Part shown: piece by piece, positions 1 to 8,816 of the stretch
Layout of the letters: every line of letters starts with the position of its first letter
Numbering within the stretch: position 1 is the stretch's first letter
Assembly: GCA_964351995.1 (NCBI GenBank)
Contig: CAYGQE010000006.1
Location: 65,045 to 129,044 of the forward strand
Origin: an uncultured Acidimicrobiaceae bacterium
GTDB taxonomy: Bacteria > Actinomycetota > Acidimicrobiia > Acidimicrobiales > SZUA-35
Reading direction: 5' to 3'
Length of the DNA: 64,000 bases
Translations under genes and position numbers: made by a program
The notes under the pieces: model-generated
Databases searched by the model: none
Told to the model about the DNA's origin: nothing
The model's input: only the letters and a program-made list of their open reading frames with translations

Positions 1-1
1 G

Positions 2-964
2 ACCATGCTGTACGTCCTGGTCTTGATGTCGATCGTGCGTTGGCTTCCGTACCGATGGTGGCGTTGGTCGCACAAGCTGCTCGGAATCCCGTTTGTGTTC
101 GCGTGCTGGCACTTCTTCACCGCTACCAAGTCGTACGCCAACGGCTCGGCGTGGGGTTGGTACTTCGGCACGGTGATGGTCGCCGGTATTGCTGCCTTCG
201 TCGCCAGGGTTTTGGTCCGAGACCCGTTACTGAAGGGATCGAAGCATCGAGTCGCATCAGCTGCCGTCCACGGTGACACCCTCGAGCTCGTCCTCCAACC
301 AACGGGCTCGCCCCTCGGTCATCGCGCCGGGCAGTTCGCAGCGATCAAGGTGCAAGAGCGGGGCATGACCGAACCTCACCTCTTCACGATTGCGTCCGGC
401 CCATCCGAGGGGGTGTTGCGGTTCTTCATCAAGGACCTCGGTGACTGGACGGCCAAGCTCGTCGCTCGTGGATCGGATCTCGTCGGAAGTGAGGTCATCG
501 TCGAAGGGCCGTACGGGCGGTTCCGCCCCCTGCCGAAGAAGCCAGCGCCAACTGTCTGGGTGGCTGGCGGTGTCGGAATCACGCCATTCCTGGCCGCAAC
601 CGCCGAACTCGAGCCTCGGCCGCCGGGTGAGCGGCCCGTCCTGTACTACGCCGTTCGAGATGAGCGTGGAGCGATGGCGATTGACGTCTTGCGAGCCGCC
701 GCCGACCGCGGAGCGATCGATCTCGAGGTCTGCTCATCGACGGAAGGGCGCCGCTTCAGCGGAGAGTTGCTCACCGATCGATTCGGTCCTGACGGTCTGG
801 GAGGCGCCCACCTTGCCGTCTGTGGCCCGGCCGGCTTGGTGGCGAGCGTGCGCCAGATCGGCGACGCCGTGGGCGCCGGAGAGGTCGAGCACGAAGACTT
901 CGACATCCGTCAGGGTTTCGGACCCGACCTGTCGAAGCCAATCGCCGAGCTGCTCGTTCGCTGA
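2..964 (+). CDS. Ferric-reductase-like membrane / FAD- and NAD(P)-binding oxidoreductase, 5' end cut by window edge
   Basis: ORF 5..964 stays open to the window edge. It has N-terminal hydrophobic helices (HKLLGIPFVFACWHFF) followed by ferredoxin-reductase-type motifs HLFTIAS, EGPYG and WVAGGVGITPF. Confidence 0.7.
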   Translation, partial: TMLYVLVLMSIVRWLPYRWWRWSHKLLGIPFVFACWHFFTATKSYANGSAWGWYFGTVMVAGIAAFVARVLVRDPLLKGSKHRVASAAVHGDTLELVLQPTGSPLGHRAGQFAAIKVQERGMTEPHLFTIASGPSEGVLRFFIKDLGDWTAKLVARGSDLVGSEVIVEGPYGRFRPLPKKPAPTVWVAGGVGITPFLAATAELEPRPPGERPVLYYAVRDERGAMAIDVLRAAADRGAIDLEVCSSTEGRRFSGELLTDRFGPDGLGGAHLAVCGPAGLVASVRQIGDAVGAGEVEHEDFDIRQGFGPDLSKPIAELLVR

Positions 965-997
965 GCTGGCCGAACGATGAGGTGCGACACTGCTGCC

Positions 998-1309
998 ATG
1001 ATTGATCGACGAACACTGCTCACCGAAGAACAGATCGCCGCTGGGTTGCGGGAGCTCGATGGTTGGGCTGTCGGCGAAGGCGGAGATCGGATTCGGGCTC
1101 AGTTTCGCTTTCCCGACTTCGTGCGAGCATTTGGGTTCATGGCCAGCGTGGCCATCCTGGCCGAGAAGCTCGATCATCACCCCGAGTGGTCCAACGTGTA
1201 CGGCAAGGTCGACATCGAGCTGACCAATCACGACTCGGGCGGCCTGACCGAACTCGACCTGCATCTCGCTGAGAAGATCAGCGCCCTCGTGATCGCCGAG
1301 GTTTCGTGA
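998..1309 (+). CDS. 4a-hydroxytetrahydrobiopterin (pterin-4-alpha-carbinolamine) dehydratase
   Basis: Translation contains LTEEQI..L..LDGW and HHPEWSNVYGKVDIELTNHD, typical of the PCD family. ATG at 998 gives the usual length of about 100 aa; the ORF could start at 977. Confidence 0.85.
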   Translation: MIDRRTLLTEEQIAAGLRELDGWAVGEGGDRIRAQFRFPDFVRAFGFMASVAILAEKLDHHPEWSNVYGKVDIELTNHDSGGLTELDLHLAEKISALVIAEVS

Positions 1310-2025
1310 CGAGCTTCTACGACGACGAGCATTCGCTCGATGCCTACCTCGCTCACCGGCACGCCGACGTCACCAGCCCGAACCTGGTCATGGAAGATCC
1401 AGCATTCCGGGCTGAGGTCGGTGAGGTCGACGGTCTCGACATCCTCGACCTCGGCTGCGGCGACGGTACCTACGCTGCGAAGTGCCTGGCTGATGGCTGC
1501 GCCTCGTTCATCGGCGTCGACGCTGCCAGCGGAATGATTGACCGAGCGAAGGTGACTGCGCCTGGTGCGACGTTCTCGGTTGCCTCCATGGAAGCGCTCG
1601 AACTCGACGCCGACGCTCATGACCTCGTGGTCTCACGCATGGCGCTGCACTATGTCGCTGATCTGGACCCGGTCCTCCGTGAGGCCCGGGCGGGGTTGCG
1701 ACCCGGAGGTCGCTTCGTGTTCTCCGTGATCCACCCCGTCCTCACCGCTTCGCTCAACGTCGCCGAGGGGCAGCGAACCAGCGTCACGGTCGACAACTAC
1801 TTCAACCGGGGCGACCGAAACCGGTCCTGGTTCGGGTCGTCGGTGACGTGGCAGCACCGCAATGTCGAGGACTACGTCGCCGCCGTGCTGGACGCCGGTT
1901 TCGAGCTGTCGGCACTTCGCGAATGCGAACCGGTGGAGGCCTTGTTCGACGGTGACATCGCCGAGCTCGAACGTCGACGCCGCGTTCCGGTGTTTCTTCT
2001 GCTCGCCGGGAGGGCTGTCGACTGA
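1306..2025 (+). CDS. Class I SAM-dependent methyltransferase
   Basis: SAM-binding motif I ILDLGCGDGTY. There is a 4-nt overlap with the upstream gene. Confidence 0.8.
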   Translation: MTSFYDDEHSLDAYLAHRHADVTSPNLVMEDPAFRAEVGEVDGLDILDLGCGDGTYAAKCLADGCASFIGVDAASGMIDRAKVTAPGATFSVASMEALELDADAHDLVVSRMALHYVADLDPVLREARAGLRPGGRFVFSVIHPVLTASLNVAEGQRTSVTVDNYFNRGDRNRSWFGSSVTWQHRNVEDYVAAVLDAGFELSALRECEPVEALFDGDIAELERRRRVPVFLLLAGRAVD

Positions 2026-2102
2026 CCGAGGCCGACGAGGAGTTCACGTGCTCGTCACACCCAGGGAGTCGCTGCTGCACCACTTCATGGGAGCATCACT
2101 CG

Positions 2103-2492
2103 ATGATAGAAATCATCAGGCACCTGGTCGACGGCGGGCCGGAGACTGTCGGACCCTTCCAACACGCTGTGTCTGCTGGCGACTTTCATTTCGTCACCGG
2201 TCAGATGCCGACCCTGCCGACCGATCCGAGTCGAGTCGTCGACGGCGGCATCGAGGAGCAGACCCGACAAGTCATGGAGAACCTGAAGCTGGTTCTCGCC
2301 GGTCTCGACAGCAGCCTCGACCGAGTCGTGTTCGCAAGGGTCTACCTGGTCAACTTCCAGGACTTCGATCGCATGAACGAGGTGTACACGAGCTACTTCG
2401 CCGAAGGTGGCCTTCCGGCTCGAACATGCATCGGGGTTACGGGTCTTGCGGTTGGCGCTCTTGTCGAGATCGATCTGGTCGTCGCTCGCTGA
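2103..2492 (+). CDS. RidA/YjgF family reactive-intermediate deaminase
   Basis: 129 aa with GPFQHAV..GDFHFVTGQ and ARTCIGV..L..GALVEIDLV, the characteristic RidA ends. Confidence 0.85.
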   Translation: MIEIIRHLVDGGPETVGPFQHAVSAGDFHFVTGQMPTLPTDPSRVVDGGIEEQTRQVMENLKLVLAGLDSSLDRVVFARVYLVNFQDFDRMNEVYTSYFAEGGLPARTCIGVTGLAVGALVEIDLVVAR

Positions 2493-2982
2493 AGGCCTCG
2501 TACTCGACCTCGCCGAGTTCGGTGCCTGGCAACGGATCGTCGAAATGGAGATGGAGGGTTCGGGCGTACTGCAGCCCGATCCGCTCCATGACCGACCTCG
2601 ATGGTTGGTTGACTGCCATGGTCTGAGCGAAGACTCGCGTCGCCCCCGTTGCGAACAATGCGTCGACGAGGGCGCTGGCGGCTTCGGTGGCAAATCCGCT
2701 TCCCCACGCTGCCTGCCGGAAACGCCAGCCGATGTCGAACTCGGACCGGTCAGCGTTAGGCACCGCTCCGACCCACCCAAGGAAGGTGTCTGCGTGATCG
2801 AACACGAGCCACCTCGTGCCGAGCGTGCTCTCGAGCTCAGAGCGAACTGCCTCGGCAGGGCTCGCCCGCCCGGTGATGTAGCGCATGACCTCGGCGTCGC
2901 CGTCGAGTTCGATCAGACGGTCGACATCCTGCGGTCGAAGCGGGCGGATCAGGAGCCGATCGGTTCGGAGCCCATCGATCAC
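2437..2982 (-). CDS. GNAT family N-acetyltransferase
   Basis: RLLIRPLRPQDVDRLIELDGDAEVMRYI N-terminus and a WGSGFATEA acetyl-CoA loop. Its 3' end overlaps the convergent RidA gene by 56 nt. Confidence 0.75.
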   Translation of the reverse strand: MIDGLRTDRLLIRPLRPQDVDRLIELDGDAEVMRYITGRASPAEAVRSELESTLGTRWLVFDHADTFLGWVGAVPNADRSEFDIGWRFRQAAWGSGFATEAASALVDALFATGATRVFAQTMAVNQPSRSVMERIGLQYARTLHLHFDDPLPGTELGEVEYEAFSERRPDRSRQERQPQDP

Positions 2983-3566
2983 CGTCGGGTGTTCGTCGAT
3001 CGGTAGAGGTCGCGCAGCAGCCCGATCTCCGCGCCGTGGTGCACCAGTTCGCTACTTGCGTGGATCACCATGTCAGCCACGCAATGTTGCGCCCACGGAC
3101 CCCAGGAGTCGCCCAGCTCGCTCCACCAGTCGAGTCCGGCGACGAGGCTGCGGTAGGTCTGCCACTTGCGCACCAGAATGTCGATCGCTTCCCCAGGATC
3201 CAGTGTCCAGTGGGCAAGGGAGTTGCTTTGATCGCCACCGAAACGGCGGGCGTAGTCGTCGAAGCAATCGATCGAGATGTGCCAGAGGCGCCAGGCGATG
3301 GTCGTCATCGGAGCCGGGTCGATCTCGCGAACACCAGCGCCGTCGACGACGACACGACCGTCGGGTCCGCTGCGCACCGACCATGTATCGATCGCCGGCT
3401 CCCACAGATACTCCTCGTTGGTCAGCCCGTCGAGCCGGCTTATGAGCTGACTGAACATTCCGTCCATCGAGTGGAGAATGACGTCCCGAATCTCGGTCGT
3501 CGGTCGAATTCCGGGATCATCCATCCGGCATCTTCGCGCTCTCTCGGCTGTGCCGTTCGGCTGCAA
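2979..3566 (-). CDS. DinB-family (DinB_2-like) protein
   Basis: LDGLTNEEYLWEP and WRLWHI..D motifs on a four-helix-bundle-like profile. The stop overlaps the GNAT start by 4 nt. Confidence 0.6.
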   Translation of the reverse strand: MQPNGTAERARRCRMDDPGIRPTTEIRDVILHSMDGMFSQLISRLDGLTNEEYLWEPAIDTWSVRSGPDGRVVVDGAGVREIDPAPMTTIAWRLWHISIDCFDDYARRFGGDQSNSLAHWTLDPGEAIDILVRKWQTYRSLVAGLDWWSELGDSWGPWAQHCVADMVIHASSELVHHGAEIGLLRDLYRSTNTRR

Positions 3567-3616
3567 GAGATTTGGAAGGATCAGGCGATGAAGGATCAGG
3601 CGCTCGTGATCGCTGA

Positions 3617-3970
3617 TCAGTGCTGTTGTACGACGCAGAACTCGTTGCCGTCGGGGTCGGTCATGATCGTGGTGCGGTAGTCGCCGTGGTGCTCTGCGGC
3701 GATGGAGGCCCCGAGCGCTTGCAGGCGGTCGACCTCTGTCTCGAGATCGGTGACGAACAGATCGAGATGGGCTCGATTCTTGGTGGACTTGGCTTCGGGA
3801 ACCCGTTGCAGCGTGAGGTGATGGAGGCCTTCAGACGGCGAAACCAGGGGGTGGAATTGCGCGTCATCCGTCAGTTCGACTGGTTCGTCGTAGCCGAGCG
3901 CTTCCTTCCAGAACGCAGCGGCTGCCTTCAGGTCTGCACAGTCCAAGGTCATGCCGATCGTAGCGGTCAT
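3617..3970 (-). CDS. VOC/glyoxalase family protein
   Basis: MTLDCADLKAAAAFWKEALGY ... HLDLFV ... MTDPDGNEFCV. The internal ATG at 3970 is preferred over the 4018 start, which would leave only 7 nt to the divergent TetR gene. Confidence 0.8.
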   Translation of the reverse strand: MTATIGMTLDCADLKAAAAFWKEALGYDEPVELTDDAQFHPLVSPSEGLHHLTLQRVPEAKSTKNRAHLDLFVTDLETEVDRLQALGASIAAEHHGDYRTTIMTDPDGNEFCVVQQH

Positions 3971-3980
3971 CGCTATCTCC

Positions 3981-3993
3981 CTAACGCTGTTAG
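3981..3993. promoter_or_regulatory. Candidate TetR operator palindrome CTAACgctGTTAG
   Basis: 5-bp inverted repeat in the short AT-richer divergent region between the VOC gene and the TetR gene. Confidence 0.35.
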
Positions 3994-4025
3994 ATTTCCT
4001 AGTGCCGTAAGAGTACAACGAAACG

Positions 4026-4658
4026 ATGGGGACCGAAACGATGGAGACCGAAACCCGCCGAGAGCGTCACCGGCGCACCCTCATCGAGGAGATCCTGGCT
4101 GAAGCCCGATCGCTGCTCGAGCAGGGCGGTCCGTCCTCGGTCAGCCTGCGAGCGATCGCTCGAGCCGTCGGGATGAGCGCACCCTCGCTCTACACGTACT
4201 TTCCCAGTCTCAACGACCTTTTCACCGAGCTCATCGTTCGTAGCTATGACGCACTGGCCAGCCACGTCAGTCGTGACCTCGATGCATTGGGTGATGCGCC
4301 GGTGGGCGATCGGCTCGTCGCTGGTCCCTTGGCCTATCGGTCGTGGGCGCTCGAGAATCGTCAGCAGTTCAACCTGGTTTTCTTCGATCAGATCGCTGGC
4401 TACGAGGCTCCGGCCGATGGGCCGACCGTTGCGGCGCAGACCTCGGTGTTGCGCCCGATGGCGGTCGACTACGCGGCGGCGCACGGCCAGAGCCTCGAAG
4501 TGCTTCTGGAACCCGGCGACCTGCTCGATGACTTCCTCGGCTGGTGGGGCTCGTTTCACGGCCTCGTGGTGTTGGAGGTCAACCATCACCTGGACTGGGT
4601 CGATGCGAGCGCTGTGTTCGAACGCCGCCTTCGTCGGGAGATCCGTCAAATGTCTTGA
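4026..4658 (+). CDS. TetR/AcrR family transcriptional regulator
   Basis: N-terminal HTH region RRTLIEEILAEARSLLEQGGPSSVSLRAIARAVGMSAPSLYTYFPS. Confidence 0.85.
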   Translation: MGTETMETETRRERHRRTLIEEILAEARSLLEQGGPSSVSLRAIARAVGMSAPSLYTYFPSLNDLFTELIVRSYDALASHVSRDLDALGDAPVGDRLVAGPLAYRSWALENRQQFNLVFFDQIAGYEAPADGPTVAAQTSVLRPMAVDYAAAHGQSLEVLLEPGDLLDDFLGWWGSFHGLVVLEVNHHLDWVDASAVFERRLRREIRQMS

Positions 4659-4659
4659 G

Positions 4660-5493
4660 TCAGCGGAAGCTCTCGAGTTGTTCGAAGACGAGCACGCCAT
4701 CGCGGGTCGAGTCCATCACGTGACCCTCGCCTTCGAAGATGGTCAGTTCGACGTCGCCTCCGAGCGCTTCCAAGGTGTTGGCTGCTTGTTCAGCAGGGCC
4801 GATCCAGCTGGTGTCGGTGCCGCCGACGTAGAGCCGGATCGGCACGCCGGCGAGTTGTGCGAGTGCGGCCTGATCGTCCTCGGATCGCGGGAAGCCGGGG
4901 AAGACGGTGAGCGACAACAGGCGGTCGGGATTGAGCGCGGCGTAGCGGAAGGTGCTGATGCCACCGTTGCTGATGCCAGCGACATGGGGTGCTCCGCCCT
5001 CGGGAGTCACCCACGTCTCGACCCAGTCGAGGAGGCCGGGAACCAGCCGTTCGCTTCCTTGGAAGAACAGTTCTCCGTCCGGGGCGGCGGGGCTCACCAC
5101 GACCCACCCGAGCCGTTGAGCTTCGGGTGCGTACGTGCCCTCGACCAGTGAACGCGTGAGCGCGAGGTCCTGGCCGCCGGCCGGAAAAGCCAGGAGAAGC
5201 GGTGCCTCGTCGCCGGCCACGAATTCAGCTGGTGTCGACACGACATAGTCGATCGTGACGCCGTCGATCTCGACCGAACCTGCAGCGACACCCCCCGGAG
5301 CGAGTTCCGGTCTGCTGGTCGTATCAGCGGCGAAGACTTCAGTGGTGTCAGGCGAACTGCACGCTGCGGCGAGCATGGCGACAGCGAATGCGAAGGCGAC
5401 AGTGCGAAGGATCATGGGCGTGGAACCGCGCTCGCCGTTCCCGCATTCCGTTGGTCGACCACACCTGTGGTCTGCCACGATGCTGCGATGCAT
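4660..5493 (-). CDS. Secreted alpha/beta hydrolase (esterase-like) lipoprotein
   Basis: Signal peptide with lipobox LAAACSS and nucleophile elbow GISNGG. The start position is uncertain. Confidence 0.7.
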   Translation of the reverse strand: MHRSIVADHRCGRPTECGNGERGSTPMILRTVAFAFAVAMLAAACSSPDTTEVFAADTTSRPELAPGGVAAGSVEIDGVTIDYVVSTPAEFVAGDEAPLLLAFPAGGQDLALTRSLVEGTYAPEAQRLGWVVVSPAAPDGELFFQGSERLVPGLLDWVETWVTPEGGAPHVAGISNGGISTFRYAALNPDRLLSLTVFPGFPRSEDDQAALAQLAGVPIRLYVGGTDTSWIGPAEQAANTLEALGGDVELTIFEGEGHVMDSTRDGVLVFEQLESFR

Positions 5494-5877
5494 CGCGAAC
5501 TCTCACCGGCCGAACTGGCTCCGCCGGCGGCCAACTACGCCCACGCCATCTTGTCGACCGATGTGCGTCGCATGGTGCACACCTCTGGTGTGGTGCCCAC
5601 TCGCCCTGACGGCACGGTGCCCGACGACGTGGGTGAGCAGTCGGTCGTGGTGTGGCAAACAATCACGGCCTTGCTCGAGTCTGCAGAGATGACACCAGCG
5701 AACATCGTGTCCGTGACGACGTATGTGGTGGCCGAGTACATGGGAGAACTGGGCAAGGTGATGGCCGCACGCGACGCGGCGCTCGGCGATCACAAGGCTG
5801 CGTCGACGCTGGTCACTGTGCCGGCGCTGGCCCAAGAGGCCTGGAAGATGGAGATCGCCGTCGTCGCAACCGCCTGA
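5467..5877 (+). CDS. RidA family protein (second copy)
   Basis: APPAANYAHAIL ... VHTSGVVP ... KMEIAVVA, a RidA-like profile. The start could be the ATG at 5488. Confidence 0.75.
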   Translation: MVCHDAAMHRELSPAELAPPAANYAHAILSTDVRRMVHTSGVVPTRPDGTVPDDVGEQSVVVWQTITALLESAEMTPANIVSVTTYVVAEYMGELGKVMAARDAALGDHKAASTLVTVPALAQEAWKMEIAVVATA

Positions 5878-5957
5878 CGATCTCAACTTGGTCCCATTTC
5901 ACCCACCTGTTGGCTGCAATGAGACCAAATTGGGAGAGGGCGGGCGATCGAGCAGCG

Positions 5958-6167
5958 TCAGGGGGCGGCGACGAGTTCGATGCGGATGCCGAATGGGTCA
6001 TCGGTGAAGGTCTGGGTGACACCGTTGATCGTGCCGCCGGAGCGGACGTCGTGGCCAGCTGTGGTGAGCGCTGTCACGAGCTGGCCATAGAACTCGATCG
6101 CCGCTGGCTTTCCGCCGACTGGGATGGCGATCTGCATGTGGTCCAGTCCGAGCACTTCGTAGGTCAT
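5958..6167 (-). pseudogene. Short VOC/glyoxalase remnant (apparent internal deletion)
   Basis: The 69-aa product joins a VOC N-terminal strand (LGLDHMQIAIPVGG..AIEFYGQLV) directly to a VOC C-terminal strand (DDPFGIRIELV). The middle part of a normal 120-130 aa domain is missing. Confidence 0.4.
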
Positions 6168-6345
6168 CTTGGAATTGTCGCATCCAAGCACGGGTTACTG
6201 TCGAAGTACCAGACAGTTGCTACGCGACAGTCGCTCCACCGACTGCAGCGGTCGCGGCCTTCCCCTGGCCCGACGCAATCCCTCGCCGTCTTCCCGGGTT
6301 TCCCCTTCCTGGCAAGATGGCGAGTGTCTTTTTGGCCCTTGTGCC

Positions 6346-6711
6346 TCAGCGAAGACCCTCGGTCCATTCTCGGACCTCGGGCCGAATCTCGACCGGAACT
6401 TCAATGCGAATCGTTGCCGGTTCGCTCTGCAGGCGCAGGTAGCGATGGCCAGAGGTGGCGTCGAGGGCGGAGCGGTCGACCACCCGATTGGGTTTGAGCT
6501 TGTGCCTGACCTCTGCCCGGTCCGGATGCAACTCGACGCGTCGATGCAGCGTGATGGCGGTGGCCAACAGAAGTGGGACAGCGGCGACCAGCGTGAGTGG
6601 GCCGATGCGGTCCCAGAACCCGACGATGATGGCGCCAGCGCTCACCGCGAAGATGAGGGCCTGGAGTCGGCTGCCGACGATGATCAGCGGTTCGCCAACG
6701 GGAACGCTCAT
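6346..6711 (-). CDS. Small two-TM membrane protein, possibly with a bacterial PH-like C-terminal domain
   Basis: Internal ATG at 6711 overlaps the LysR stop (ATGA). Two hydrophobic helices are followed by a soluble tail of about 60 aa. The longer 257-aa ORF is Arg/Pro-rich and implausible. Confidence 0.55.
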   Translation of the reverse strand: MSVPVGEPLIIVGSRLQALIFAVSAGAIIVGFWDRIGPLTLVAAVPLLLATAITLHRRVELHPDRAEVRHKLKPNRVVDRSALDATSGHRYLRLQSEPATIRIEVPVEIRPEVREWTEGLR

Positions 6712-7622
6712 GCGCTGGCGGCGCGGCTGCGCACGTGATCGAGGAAGCGCCGGGCGGCAGGATGCGCCGGCCGGGTTCCTTTCCATGCCAGCCGGATCGG
6801 CTGGCGCACTTCGAGATTTCGCAGCCGTAATGCGACGAGGCGGTTGTTGGCCACGTCGTCTGCAACCGCCGGCGCGGGTAGGAGCGCAACTCCGTTGCCG
6901 TTCATCGCCGACATTCTGGCGGCTCCGGTGCTCGACACCTCGGTCGCTCGGCCGACGACGCCCAGTTCGTGCTCGGCCAGGGCCATCTCGATCACGTCGA
7001 GCGTGCCCGAGCCCCGGCGACGCAGGATCAGATCTGAGGCAGCCAGGTGGGCTCCGGTGATGCTCCGCTGTTTTGCGAGGGCGTGGTCGGGGCGACACAC
7101 CGCAACGAGCGGGAACCAATCGACGATCTCGGATCGCAGCGACAGAGGGGCACCCGGCCCGCCGAGCAAGCCGAGGTCGACCTCACCGTGACGGATGAGA
7201 GCAGCAACACTTGCGGTGTCGGCTTCGACCAGATCGATCTCGACTCCCCTTATCGGGCATTCGGCCAGCCAGGTCGGCAGCAGGTGGTTGGCGCTATCGA
7301 CCGTTGCGGCAAGCCGCAGCTTGAGGGCGGTCTGCTGCCGGAGTGACCTGGCGCCCTGGGACAGTGACGCGGCGGCGGTGACGAGCCCTTCACACCAGGG
7401 CAGGAGCTGTTGCCCTTCCGCTGTGACGAATGAACCGGTCGGGCTGCGCTCGAGGAGCTGCACACCCACGACCCGTTCGAGCTTCTGGATGCGAGCGGTT
7501 GCCGACGGCTGTGTGACACCGTGGCGGGCCGCTGCCTTCGACACGCTTCCCAACTCGGCGACGGTCAGAAAGAGGCGGACGGAGGCGACGTCGAGGTCAT
7601 CGGATGAGTCGAACACCCCCAT
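6708..7622 (-). CDS. LysR family transcriptional regulator
   Basis: HTH VRLFLTVAELGSVSKAAARHGVTQPSATARIQKLE. Only the C-terminal 304 aa of the 639-aa ORF are LysR-like; the rest is antisense to the oxidoreductase gene. Confidence 0.85.
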   Translation of the reverse strand: MGVFDSSDDLDVASVRLFLTVAELGSVSKAAARHGVTQPSATARIQKLERVVGVQLLERSPTGSFVTAEGQQLLPWCEGLVTAAASLSQGARSLRQQTALKLRLAATVDSANHLLPTWLAECPIRGVEIDLVEADTASVAALIRHGEVDLGLLGGPGAPLSLRSEIVDWFPLVAVCRPDHALAKQRSITGAHLAASDLILRRRGSGTLDVIEMALAEHELGVVGRATEVSSTGAARMSAMNGNGVALLPAPAVADDVANNRLVALRLRNLEVRQPIRLAWKGTRPAHPAARRFLDHVRSRAASA

Positions 7623-7635
7623 AGCGTATGGCAAT

Positions 7636-7648
7636 GACCTGAAAGGTC
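7636..7648. promoter_or_regulatory. Candidate LysR-type operator GACCTgaaAGGTC
   Basis: Interrupted palindrome in the 72-nt divergent region between the LysR gene and the oxidoreductase operon. Confidence 0.35.
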
Positions 7649-7694
7649 TTTCGACATTCCTGATTCGGCCAGAGTGGGCGAGACTGGAAGGCCT

Positions 7695-8816
7695 ATGGCA
7701 ACCGACGACAGCGCTTCTGAGATGATCCGATACGGGATCATCGGCTCCGGGATGATGGGCATCGAACACATCCAGAACATCAACCAGGTCGACGGGGCAG
7801 TGGTGACGGCTGCATCTGATCCTCACCAGCCGTCGCTCGATGCGGCGATCGCCGAGGCCGGCGGCGACAAACCCATTGCTACGTTCACTGATCACAAGGA
7901 CCTGCTGGCCAGCGGACTGTGTGATGCGGTCGTCCTTGCCAGCCCGAACTTCACCCACGCCGATCTGCTCGTCGACATCTTCGCATCCGGGCTGCACGTG
8001 CTGATCGAGAAGCCCATGTGCATCACGGTCGCCGAGTGCGAGCAGGCCATCGCGCAGGCGGAAGCCACCAAGGACATCAACCCCGATCGCAAGATCTGGG
8101 TTGGTCTCGAGTACCGCTACATGCCGCCTGTGGCTGCGCTGATCAGCGATGTTGCCAACGGTGCTGTTGGCACTCCGCACATGGTCGCCATTCGTGAGCA
8201 CCGGTTCCCGTTCCTGGTGAAGGTCGGCGACTGGAACCGATTCAGTGCCAACACCGGCGGAACGCTGGTCGAGAAGTGCTGCCACTTCTTTGATCTGATG
8301 ACGCTGATCATCGGCGAGAAGCCGGTCCGGGTCTTCGCCTCCGGAGCGCAAGACGTCAACCACCTCGACGAGACCTACGACGGCAAGACACCCGACGTTC
8401 TCGACAATGCGTACGTGATCGTCGACTACCCGAGCGGGCAGCGAGCGCTGCTCGACCTGTGCATGTTTGCCGATGCCACCGAGAACCAAGAAGAGGTCTC
8501 CGTGGTCGGCCCCATCGGGAAGGTCGAGGCCCTCCTGCCGGCGGGCAAGGTCAAGCGTGGTCGCCGCGGCGAGCACTGGATCGGTGAAGTCGAGACCGAG
8601 TTGATCGTTGATGAATCGATCGCTCACGAGGGCCTACATCACGGCTCGAGTTTTGTCGAGCACGTGAAGTTCGCGGCTGCCATTCGGGGAGAGCAAGAGG
8701 TCGAGGTCACCCTCGAGAACGGACTTTGGTCGGTCGCCGTTGGCGCCGCTGCCCACAAGAGTATTGAAGAGGGCCGCCCGGTCCTGCTGAGCGAGATGAT
8801 GGGAACGAACGCATGA
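7695..8816 (+). CDS. Gfo/Idh/MocA family oxidoreductase
   Basis: Rossmann N-terminus IRYGIIGSGMMGIEH and the EKP motif (LIEKPM). The ATG at 7695 is preceded by GGAAGG; the ORF track start is 7674. Confidence 0.85.
   Translation: MATDDSASEMIRYGIIGSGMMGIEHIQNINQVDGAVVTAASDPHQPSLDAAIAEAGGDKPIATFTDHKDLLASGLCDAVVLASPNFTHADLLVDIFASGLHVLIEKPMCITVAECEQAIAQAEATKDINPDRKIWVGLEYRYMPPVAALISDVANGAVGTPHMVAIREHRFPFLVKVGDWNRFSANTGGTLVEKCCHFFDLMTLIIGEKPVRVFASGAQDVNHLDETYDGKTPDVLDNAYVIVDYPSGQRALLDLCMFADATENQEEVSVVGPIGKVEALLPAGKVKRGRRGEHWIGEVETELIVDESIAHEGLHHGSSFVEHVKFAAAIRGEQEVEVTLENGLWSVAVGAAAHKSIEEGRPVLLSEMMGTNA

Noticed and set aside
6708-8627. 639-aa ORF suggesting a giant LysR fusion protein
   Set aside because: Only the last 304 aa (from the ATG at 7622) are LysR-like. 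The upstream 335 aa are compositionally odd and lie exactly antisense to the well-supported Gfo/Idh/MocA oxidoreductase gene. This is a high-GC shadow ORF.
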